Shown: in pieces, positions 24,905-32,000 of the stretch
Position numbering within the stretch: position 1 is the first letter of the stretch
Layout: each line of letters begins with the position of its first letter
NCBI RefSeq assembly: GCF_963967315.1
Contig: NZ_OZ017288.1
Span: 570,001 to 602,000 of the forward strand
DNA length: 32,000 bases
Reading direction: 5' to 3'
Origin: Candidatus Minimicrobia sp. QA0096
GTDB lineage: Bacteria; Patescibacteriota; Saccharimonadia; Saccharimonadales; Saccharimonadaceae
The notes under the pieces: model-generated
Database searches by the model: none
What the model was told of the DNA's origin: nothing
What the model saw: only the letters and a program-made list of their open reading frames with translations
Translations under genes and position numbers: made by a program

Positions 24905-26665
24905 ATGGCTTTACTGACGGACGACATCCAAGATAAGTTGATCGAGCTGCTCGTAAACGAGGGGCTTATTGAGAAGTCTGTCATTGATGATGCCTTAAAG
25001 CGTGCCTCTGAGAGTGGCAAGCCGTTATTTAGTTTGCTTAGCGAAGAAGGACTGCTTGATAATGAGCTACTGGTTCATGGTGTGGCTCAAGTTTCGGGCG
25101 TGCCGTATGTCAATCTGTCGAATAGTGTTATTAGCCAGGATATTTTATCTCTATTGCCGTCCGACGTTGCTGAGAGATTTATGGCTGTGCCGCTGGCCGA
25201 AGTTCAGAATCGATTAGCAGTAGCGATGATCGACGCGAATAATGTTCAAGCGGTGGACTATTTGTCGAATCGCATCCAGCGTCCGATAAAAGTTTTCATG
25301 GCTTCGGAAGAGAGTGTCCGTCATGTCTTGGATCAATATAAGACTGACTTGTCATCTGTTAATGTGGCTGCACAGGCTTCGCAGGAAGAGTCTTTGTCGG
25401 AGGCTGGAAATATTAAAACAATTGTTCAAGATTCGCCGATATCACGAGCGTTATCGACAATTTTGGAATACGCGGTAAAGAGTCACGCATCCGACGTGCA
25501 TATTGAGCCATTAGAGAAGGATTTGAAGATTCGTTGTCGCGTTGACGGTGTTTTGCGTGAAATAATGCAGCTCCCAAAGAGCATTGAGCCGGCGTTAGTT
25601 AGTCGTATTAAGATTCTTTCCAATTTGAAGATTGACGAACATCGCATTCCTCAGGATGGTCAATTCGCGGTTAACGTTGCAGGCAAGGAGGTTGACCTTC
25701 GTATTGCTATCTCTCCTGTTGTTTGGGGTGAACAGGTGGTTATTCGTCTGCTTGATAAGAGCGGAAGTTCTTTCAATTTGGAAGACATGGGCTACGCTGG
25801 GCGCGCGTTAAGAACGATTCGCAAGGGAATTAAGCGGCCAAATGGAATGATTTTGACGTCAGGTCCAACTGGTTCTGGTAAGTCAACGAGTTTGTACGCG
25901 TTGATTAAAGAAATTAAAGACGACACTGTGAATATTGTGACGCTTGAAGATCCGGTTGAGTATAAGATGGATGGCGTCAATCAGATTCAGGTGAACGCGG
26001 AAGTTGGCTTGACGTTTGCTTCTGGGCTGCGCTCAATTTTGCGTCAAGACCCAGACATTGTGATGGTTGGTGAGATTCGCGATAATGAAACAGCAAATTT
26101 GGCTATTCAGGCAGCCTTAACGGGGCACTTAGTTTTCTCAACACTTCACACCAATTCCGCCGCTGGTGTGCTGCCGCGTCTGTTAGATATGGGAATTGAG
26201 CCATTTCTTATAGCCAGTACGGTTAACACGATTATTGGTCAGCGTTTGGTGAGGCGAGTGGCGCGCCGTCGAGATATTTATCAATCATCACCACTGGAAA
26301 CGCAGGCAATTCGCGAGGCGGTTGGTGGATTATTGCCGCAAACAAGGGAGCAGGTTGCTCAATACGCGCAAGATTTGGGATATGAAAGTTTGCCGCTAGC
26401 GACGCAGACGTCGTTTGCCTTGGCAAAAGGAAAAGATACGCCGCAGACTCCTCGCGGTTATGCTGGGCGAGCTGGTTTGTATGAGGTTATGGATATTACC
26501 GAAGAGATTCAGAATTTGATTGTTAAGCGCGCAACCTCAGCGGAAATCCAGCGAATGGCAATTCAGCAAGGGATGATTACGATGCGTCAAGATGGTTATC
26601 TGAAGGCGTTGAACGGAATAACGACAATAGAAGAAGTTAATAGGGTAGCGGCGGATACCGCGTAA
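24905..26665 (+). CDS. pilB: Type IV pilus extension ATPase PilB (GspE family)
   Basis: N-terminal T2SSE_N-type domain, Walker A LTSGPTGSGKSTSLYA, TLEDPVEY, and His box GHLVFSTLHTNSAAG. Confidence 0.9.
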   Translation: MALLTDDIQDKLIELLVNEGLIEKSVIDDALKRASESGKPLFSLLSEEGLLDNELLVHGVAQVSGVPYVNLSNSVISQDILSLLPSDVAERFMAVPLAEVQNRLAVAMIDANNVQAVDYLSNRIQRPIKVFMASEESVRHVLDQYKTDLSSVNVAAQASQEESLSEAGNIKTIVQDSPISRALSTILEYAVKSHASDVHIEPLEKDLKIRCRVDGVLREIMQLPKSIEPALVSRIKILSNLKIDEHRIPQDGQFAVNVAGKEVDLRIAISPVVWGEQVVIRLLDKSGSSFNLEDMGYAGRALRTIRKGIKRPNGMILTSGPTGSGKSTSLYALIKEIKDDTVNIVTLEDPVEYKMDGVNQIQVNAEVGLTFASGLRSILRQDPDIVMVGEIRDNETANLAIQAALTGHLVFSTLHTNSAAGVLPRLLDMGIEPFLIASTVNTIIGQRLVRRVARRRDIYQSSPLETQAIREAVGGLLPQTREQVAQYAQDLGYESLPLATQTSFALAKGKDTPQTPRGYAGRAGLYEVMDITEEIQNLIVKRATSAEIQRMAIQQGMITMRQDGYLKALNGITTIEEVNRVAADTA

Positions 26666-26676
26666 AAGGAGGAAAC

Positions 26677-27747
26677 ATGAATAATCAAGAATTGCGAATT
26701 GAGATTTTGCTGGAAGAAGTCGTTAAGAAGCGTGCTTCGGACCTTCATATCCAAGTTGGTTTGCCGCCAATGCTACGAATTGACGGTTCATTAATGCCGG
26801 CCGCCGGAACTCAACCATTGGACGAGCCTGCAGTTGAGAGATTGGTATTTCAGATTCTTGATGAAGATCAGCGACAGATTTTGCTAAAAGATAAGGAATT
26901 CGACTTTTCGTTTGCGTTTGGTACACTGGGACGATTCCGAGTTAACGCCTTCCATGAGCGTGGCAATTTGGCTGCAGCTCTACGTTTGATTCCAAATGAA
27001 ATTAAGTCGGCGTCTGAACTAGGTATGCCACCAGTTGTTAATACGTTTGCGGATTTTCCTCGCGGTTTGGTGTTGGTCACTGGTCCAACTGGTTCCGGCA
27101 AGTCAACGACTTTGGCGGCGCTGGTTGATAAAATTAATTCTGAGCGCTCACGGCATATTATTACCATTGAAGATCCTATCGAGTTTACTCACAAGTCGAA
27201 AAAATCAGTGGTAGTTCAGCGGGAAGTTCACTACGATACCTATTCGTTCTCTGCGGCTTTACGCTCAAGCCTTCGTCAGGACCCAGACGTTGTGTTGATT
27301 GGTGAGATGCGCGACCTCGAGACGATTTCAGCAGCGATTACAATTGCTGAAACTGGACACTTGGTGTTTGCGACGCTACACACAAACTCTGCTGCACAAT
27401 CAATCGACCGTATGATTGACGTGTTCCCGCCACACCAGCAGCCACAGATTCGCGCTCAGCTCAGTAATATTTTGATGGCAATTTGTTCGCAGCGACTAGT
27501 CCCAGCTATCGGCGGTGGACGAGTCGTGGCGGCAGAGGTTTTGATTGCTAATCCAGCGGTGCGCAATATTATTCGCGAAGGTAAATCTCACCAATTGGAT
27601 GCCGTGATTCAGACTGGTGCTGACCAGGGAATGCAGACGATGGATCGAACTTTGGCCAATTTGGTGCAGAACGGTACGATTACGTATGATAGTGCTCGTG
27701 AATTTGCTGTCGATTTGACGGAATTTGAGAGGTTGATGAGGGGGTAA
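26677..27747 (+). CDS. pilT: Twitching motility / pilus retraction ATPase PilT
   Basis: About 355 aa. Walker A VTGPTGSGKSTTLAA, ATLHTNSAAQSIDRMIDVF, and PilT signature PAVRNIIREGK. Confidence 0.9.
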   Translation: MNNQELRIEILLEEVVKKRASDLHIQVGLPPMLRIDGSLMPAAGTQPLDEPAVERLVFQILDEDQRQILLKDKEFDFSFAFGTLGRFRVNAFHERGNLAAALRLIPNEIKSASELGMPPVVNTFADFPRGLVLVTGPTGSGKSTTLAALVDKINSERSRHIITIEDPIEFTHKSKKSVVVQREVHYDTYSFSAALRSSLRQDPDVVLIGEMRDLETISAAITIAETGHLVFATLHTNSAAQSIDRMIDVFPPHQQPQIRAQLSNILMAICSQRLVPAIGGGRVVAAEVLIANPAVRNIIREGKSHQLDAVIQTGADQGMQTMDRTLANLVQNGTITYDSAREFAVDLTEFERLMRG

Positions 27748-27750
27748 TAA

Positions 27751-28965
27751 ATGAAAAAATACAATTATGAAGCCAGAGATAGCGCAAGTAACAAAATCGT
27801 TAAATCAGTTGTTCAGGCTGATAGTGAAAACGCTGCCGCAAAGCTTTTGACGGCGCAGGGCTTTGTGCCGTTAAAAATTGAATTACAAGACGATAAAACA
27901 AATTTCTTTGCGAGGTTTTCTGGTAGAATCACCACTAAGGACAAGGTTGTGTTTACTCGTCAGCTAGCAACTCTTATTGGAGCAGGACTACCTTTGGCAC
28001 AAAGCCTTCGAACGGTTCAGGAGCAGACTACGAATAAGCGTATGCAGGAGATAGTCCAGGAAATTATCTCTGACGTCGAAGGTGGTAAATCCTTGTCTGA
28101 TTCGTTCGCAAAGCATCCAGAGGCTTTTAATAAAGTTTATGTAGCTTTGGTTTCGGCTGGTGAAACGTCAGGTACGATGGATGATTCGCTTAAGAGGTTA
28201 GCTGCTCAGCAGGAAAAAGACGCTGCTATGATGAGTAAGATTAGAGGTGCTATGATGTATCCGTCAATTGTCTTGGTAGTGATTATCTTAGTTATCGGAT
28301 TTATGTTGTTCACGGTTGTTCCGCAAGTTGAGGGTCTGTATCGTGACTTAAATAAGGAGTTGCCATTTGTGACTCTTGCGATGATTAAAGTGGCGAACTT
28401 TTTTAGTAGTCTTTGGTGGCTTGTTATATTGGCAATGATTATCGGCGGTTATTTCCTAGCACAATATTTGAAAACTGAGCAGGGAATTAGGACTAAAGAC
28501 ATCTTTAAGCTCAATGTCCCGCTATTTAAAGGAATGTTCAGGAAGATGTACATGGCTCGATTTGCTAGAACTGGTCAAGTTCTTCTGAGAACTGGCGTGC
28601 CAATGCTTGATATGCTTCGTATTACGGCTGACGCTGTTAATAACGTGATTATTAGTGAAAGCATACTTCGCGCATCGGATAAGGTTAAAGGTGGTAAGGC
28701 GCTCTCGGCTTCTTTATCTAATGAAGATTATTTCCTAGCAATGGTGCCGCAGATGATTAAAATCGGTGAGCAGTCGGGTAAGATTGATGAGATGATGGGC
28801 AAGACCGCTCAAGTTTATGAAGATGAGCTTGATGAGGAAATTCGCGCTTTGTCGACGGCGATAGAACCAGTCCTAATGGTCTTCTTGGCTATAGTTGCCG
28901 GTACGATGGTGTCGGCTATCTTGCTTCCAATCTATAGCTTGGTTGGCAACATCAATATTCGCTAG
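27751..28965 (+). CDS. pilC: Type IV pilus platform protein PilC (T2SS F family)
   Basis: Two T2SSF repeats (FTRQLATLIGAGLPLAQSL and FARTGQVLLRTGVPMLDML) and three TM segments. Confidence 0.9.
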   Translation: MKKYNYEARDSASNKIVKSVVQADSENAAAKLLTAQGFVPLKIELQDDKTNFFARFSGRITTKDKVVFTRQLATLIGAGLPLAQSLRTVQEQTTNKRMQEIVQEIISDVEGGKSLSDSFAKHPEAFNKVYVALVSAGETSGTMDDSLKRLAAQQEKDAAMMSKIRGAMMYPSIVLVVIILVIGFMLFTVVPQVEGLYRDLNKELPFVTLAMIKVANFFSSLWWLVILAMIIGGYFLAQYLKTEQGIRTKDIFKLNVPLFKGMFRKMYMARFARTGQVLLRTGVPMLDMLRITADAVNNVIISESILRASDKVKGGKALSASLSNEDYFLAMVPQMIKIGEQSGKIDEMMGKTAQVYEDELDEEIRALSTAIEPVLMVFLAIVAGTMVSAILLPIYSLVGNINIR

Positions 28966-29046
28966 ACTGACTTATATTTTTAGTGTATTATAAACGTAAG
29001 CATTTTTGCGTAAATATAGGTAAACCATAGAAAGGTGGGAAATCTA

Positions 29047-29526
29047 ATGACAAAAAAAGATAATAAAAAAGGATTTACAATCATCGAGGTCGTTCTAGTC
29101 TTGGCTATTGCTGGACTTATCTTTGCGATGGTGTTTATCGCATTGCCAGCTTTGCAACGTAGCCAGCACGACCAGTCAAGGAAGAATGACGCTTCAACGG
29201 TTGCTGCAGCTATTACCAATTGGAATTCAGCTAATCGTAACGGTGGCACGTTTAATGAAGAATCTCTACGCAAGTATGTCGATAAGCTTGATCAATACGA
29301 CAAGTCTTCAGAGTTAAAGGTTGCTACACCTGGTGCTTCAATGTCAGTCGCTGGCAATGAAATCAAGGTTATGCGAGGCAAGAAGTGTCCTTCTAGCACG
29401 CCAGCTCCATCTGCTGACGATCCAGCAAATATAACTTTGCAAAACGGATCTTCACGCAACGCAGCAGTTGTAGTTCTATTGGAAAATAATGGCTCTCAAA
29501 AGCAATTGTATTGCCAGGACGTATAA
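29047..29526 (+). CDS. Type IV major pilin candidate
   Basis: Class III signal peptide MTKKDNKKG/FTIIEVVLVLAIAGLIFA with Glu at +5. A C-terminal Cys pair (KKCPSS ... LYCQDV) is consistent with a D-region disulfide. AAAGGTGG Shine-Dalgarno. A strong terminator follows. Confidence 0.85.
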   Translation: MTKKDNKKGFTIIEVVLVLAIAGLIFAMVFIALPALQRSQHDQSRKNDASTVAAAITNWNSANRNGGTFNEESLRKYVDKLDQYDKSSELKVATPGASMSVAGNEIKVMRGKKCPSSTPAPSADDPANITLQNGSSRNAAVVVLLENNGSQKQLYCQDV

Positions 29527-29543
29527 TCTATAGATAAATTATG

Positions 29544-29573
29544 AATCAGCCTCAGTATGGGGCTGATTTTTTT
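29544..29573 (+). terminator. Rho-independent terminator/attenuator between the pilin gene and pilD
   Basis: Stem AATCAGCCTC / GGGGCTGATT (10 bp with one G-U pair), 5-nt loop, then a run of seven T. Confidence 0.65.
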
Positions 29574-29598
29574 ATGGTTTTTTGTTACCATAAGAAGT

Positions 29599-30480
29599 AT
29601 GATTAAGTTTGTACTAGTGGGATTTTTAGGGGCTATTTTAGGCAGTTTCGCTGGAGCGCAAATTTGGCGCTTGCGGGCTCGTCAATTGATGGAAGATAAA
29701 AAAGCTGGAGAAAAAGTCAACCAAAAGGAATTAAAGAAATTATCTCCATTGATAAAAAAAATTTCCAAAGATAGATCTCGCTGTTTATCTTGCGGGCATG
29801 AGCTTAAGTGGTGCGATTTGATTCCTGTGGTAAGTTGGGTTGCTGGATTGGGGCGATGCAGATATTGCAAAGCATTTATCGGTTGGATGGAAATCTTGCT
29901 AGAACTAGTGATAGCTGGATTATTCGTTGCATCCGTGGCTTTTTGGCCTGGATCATTAACGGATATCTGGCAAGTCGCGTTGCTGGTCTTGTGGTTGGCA
30001 AGTTTGGTGCTGCTGGCGATTTTATTTGTCTATGACCTCAGATGGCTACTTCTTCCAGATGTAGTTAATATTCCGTTTATCATTCTTGGCGCTATTTTTG
30101 CGGGAATAAAAGTATGTCTAGCTGGCGATTTTTCGAAAAGCTTGATGACGTTATTTGGGTCGATTGCGATTCTGAGCGGAATATATATGGTGCTATATTT
30201 ATTCTCGAAATATCGTTACGGGGAAGATAAAACTTGGATCGGTTTTGGTGATGTTAAGCTTGGACTTGGACTGGGTTTATTCTTGGGAAACTGGCTTTTG
30301 GCGTTTGCTGCGTTGTTTATCGCGAATCTTATCGGCACGCTTCTTGTCTTGCCATCAATGATGCGAGGAAAATTGCAAGCAACTTCACGGATATGCTTCG
30401 GCCCATTGCTTATCGTAGGGTTTTTACTCGCTTGGTTCTTTAGCCGACAAATTTTAGAGTGGGGCTTTCTTATTGTCTAA
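29599..30480 (+). CDS. pilD: Prepilin peptidase / N-methyltransferase PilD
   Basis: Cys motif CLSCGHELKWCDLIPVVSWVAGLGRCRYCK and the two catalytic Asp contexts LLLPDVVN and GFGDVKLG. Start chosen at ATG 29599 because the ORF-track start at 29557 lies inside the terminator hairpin. Confidence 0.85.
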   Translation: MIKFVLVGFLGAILGSFAGAQIWRLRARQLMEDKKAGEKVNQKELKKLSPLIKKISKDRSRCLSCGHELKWCDLIPVVSWVAGLGRCRYCKAFIGWMEILLELVIAGLFVASVAFWPGSLTDIWQVALLVLWLASLVLLAILFVYDLRWLLLPDVVNIPFIILGAIFAGIKVCLAGDFSKSLMTLFGSIAILSGIYMVLYLFSKYRYGEDKTWIGFGDVKLGLGLGLFLGNWLLAFAALFIANLIGTLLVLPSMMRGKLQATSRICFGPLLIVGFLLAWFFSRQILEWGFLIV

Positions 30481-30512
30481 GTAAAAAGCGCTTATGTTAT
30501 AATGGAGAAGTG

Positions 30513-31253
30513 ATGGGCAATAAACAAAAAGGTTTTACTATAATTGAAGTGATTTTGTTTGTGGCTATTTCTGGCTTACTGACCTCTATGCTGATGGTCG
30601 GTGTAAGTATGTCAATTAATCGTCAGCAATATCGCGATTCGGTGCAGTCTTATGCTGGTTTTTTGCGAAATGAGTACTCGAAGGTGGTCAATGTTGAGAA
30701 TGAGCGATCTAAGGACACTTGTCCAATTGAAGGCTCTGATGGTCGAGCTGAAACTCTACGCGGCCAATCTGATTGTGTGATTGTTGGTCGCTATATTACC
30801 ACTGAAGGTTCTTTGGGCTCGACGAACGGCAATCTGTACAAAACTTATCCAGTTTATGCCTATAGATCAGATAAGGGTAGTGCGTGGACTTATAAACGCG
30901 GCGCTGAGTCTGACAAATATATTGTTAATTGGCAAGCAAAAACTAGGTTCTCTAACCAAGCTAAGGATAGTGCGTATATTTCTATTTTGATGTACCGCCA
31001 TCCAGATACGGGGCAGTTGGATATTAGAACTGACACGAGTCGATTCGGTGACAATTTGACTGATTTCGTCAATAATAAAAATAGTGCTGGAGTTGTGCAA
31101 TCTGCTGGCGAGCAGCGTCAACAGGGGGAAATTTGTGTTTATGATGACGGCTGGCTACCGGGGGAGAGATTATCTATTTTTCTACGATCACACGCAGGTT
31201 CTGCTGATGCTGTAGTTATGGGTAATGCGACAGGAGGTTGCGCTGATGCGTAA
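30513..31253 (+). CDS. Pilin-like protein (minor pilin candidate 1)
   Basis: MGNKQKG/FTIIEVILFVAISGLL prepilin signal with Glu at +5. GGAG Shine-Dalgarno, plus TGtTATAAT at 30495-30503. Confidence 0.7.
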   Translation: MGNKQKGFTIIEVILFVAISGLLTSMLMVGVSMSINRQQYRDSVQSYAGFLRNEYSKVVNVENERSKDTCPIEGSDGRAETLRGQSDCVIVGRYITTEGSLGSTNGNLYKTYPVYAYRSDKGSAWTYKRGAESDKYIVNWQAKTRFSNQAKDSAYISILMYRHPDTGQLDIRTDTSRFGDNLTDFVNNKNSAGVVQSAGEQRQQGEICVYDDGWLPGERLSIFLRSHAGSADAVVMGNATGGCADA

Positions 31254-31827
31254 GTTTAACAGAGGTGACACACTTGTCGAAGTGTTACTTGGAGTAACCA
31301 TTTTTAGCCTAGTCGCCGTTATTGCATTAGAAACCATGAACCGCGGGATGGCTATTGCTCAGTATTCTTTAGAGACGACGTTGGTTCGTCAACAGGTTGA
31401 CGCTCAGGCTGAAATGATAAGATATGCTCACGATATGAAAAATGATACTTGGAAGAAATTGGTAGACAATAATTCGGTGAGCGTTTCTGCTGTTAATGAC
31501 AATGAAGGAAACTTGGGTGTTGAAAAATGTCCTGATGATTTTTCTACGAAAGAGTTTGCTTTGGCTGCGACGCCTTCGCTCGCTTCGAAGATTAGTATAT
31601 TGAACAATCCTGGAGATTATAAAGCGGCAGAAACATACGCGCGGGTTGATAGCGATACTAAAAAAACGTATGGAATATCAGTTAGATTGGTTAAGCCGAG
31701 TACGGTCACTGGAAGCAGGGATAGTAACAAATATGATGCGTACATAAAAGCGTGCTGGATGCCTGTTGGTAGCAAAATGCCGGCGACTATTGGTACGATT
31801 GTGAGGTTGTATGATTCGGGGCTATAA
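31246..31827 (+). CDS. Pilin-like protein with a non-canonical processing site (minor pilin candidate 2)
   Basis: MRKFNRG/DTLVEVLLGVTIFSLVAV has Gly at -1 and Glu at +5, but Asp instead of Phe/Met at +1. AGGAGG Shine-Dalgarno. 8-nt overlap with the upstream gene. Confidence 0.55.
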   Translation: MRKFNRGDTLVEVLLGVTIFSLVAVIALETMNRGMAIAQYSLETTLVRQQVDAQAEMIRYAHDMKNDTWKKLVDNNSVSVSAVNDNEGNLGVEKCPDDFSTKEFALAATPSLASKISILNNPGDYKAAETYARVDSDTKKTYGISVRLVKPSTVTGSRDSNKYDAYIKACWMPVGSKMPATIGTIVRLYDSGL

Positions 31828-32000
31828 AAAAGGATTTACACTTATCGAATTGATGCTCGCCATGAGTTTTATCTCTGTTCTTTTGTTGTCGATTGCGATG
31901 GTGGGTATTCAAGCGGGAAAAATGTATAGCAGAGGTATTGTGCTTCGTGATGTTAATCAAGCGGGGCGAGATATTTCAGATACTATTCGACGCGATTTTC
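31811..32000 (+). CDS. Pilin-like protein (minor pilin candidate 3), 3' end truncated by window edge
   Basis: My own translation from ATG 31811 gives MIRGYKKG/FTLIELMLAMSFISVLLLSIAMVG. It is open to the end of the window and overlaps the upstream gene by 17 nt. It is absent from the ORF track because no stop falls in the window. Confidence 0.65.
   Translation, partial: MIRGYKKGFTLIELMLAMSFISVLLLSIAMVGIQAGKMYSRGIVLRDVNQAGRDISDTIRRDF

Noticed and set aside
28966-29046. Possible sigma-54 promoter or structured element upstream of the major pilin gene
   Set aside because: No GG-N10-GC arrangement is present. Only weak sigma-70-like elements (CTGACT-N16-TATAAA) and a direct CGTAA repeat are visible. 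This is not enough to call a feature.
1055-31245. Longer upstream starts offered by the ORF track (1055, 2819, 4584, 8377, 11067, 15691, 22216, 29035, 29557, 30459, 31225)
   Set aside because: In each case an internal ATG is preceded by a proper Shine-Dalgarno or gives the canonical family N-terminus. The upstream extension also runs through a promoter or terminator element or uses a rare start codon.
1-32000. Search for tRNA/rRNA genes, CRISPR repeats, transposase or integrase genes, toxin-antitoxin pairs and flanking direct repeats of an island
   Set aside because: Intergenic regions are all under 190 nt and are accounted for by promoters, leaders and terminators. I saw no periodic repeat arrays or mobile-element genes, and nothing beyond the short repeats reported above.

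Overview
Densely coding, mostly plus-strand bacterial chromosome segment. I saw no rRNA, tRNA, CRISPR array, transposase or integrase. The first ~19 kb is housekeeping: holA (5' end cut by the window), rpsT, a degenerate DHH/NrnA-like protein, truB, rpsO, a sortase (minus strand), pnp, a Gln/Pro-rich membrane protein and a family-4 uracil-DNA glycosylase. These are followed by an Rrf2 regulator translationally coupled to a YhgE/Pip membrane protein, RNase J, FtsK, rpsF-ssb-rpsR, efp, tlyA and ychF (minus strand). From 19.2 kb there is an orphan 989-aa secreted, Cys-rich protein. It is followed by a complete type IV pilus locus with no secretin in the window: pilM, pilN, pilO, a small TM ORF, pilB, pilT, pilC, the major pilin, pilD and at least three pilin-like genes, the last running off the window. 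A sortase, a secretin-less T4P locus, compact coupled operons and many low-complexity protein tails would fit a small-genome monoderm-type lineage such as Saccharibacteria/CPR. That assignment is inference only. The most noteworthy observations are: (1) the unassignable 989-aa exported protein with its own promoter directly upstream of the pilus operon; (2) TGnTATAAT-type -10 boxes 6-11 nt upstream of start codons with no Shine-Dalgarno, which implies leaderless mRNAs for most operon-first genes; (3) a DHH-family protein that has lost its catalytic motifs and gained a ~290-aa disordered tail; (4) the Rrf2-YhgE/Pip coupled pair with a repeat-packed leader; (5) loss of metal-ligand cysteines in UDG and PilB; (6) two perfect inverted repeats in intergenic regions. 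I found no clear-cut novel defence or mobile system. The 989-aa ORF plus pilus locus is the best candidate for undescribed biology.
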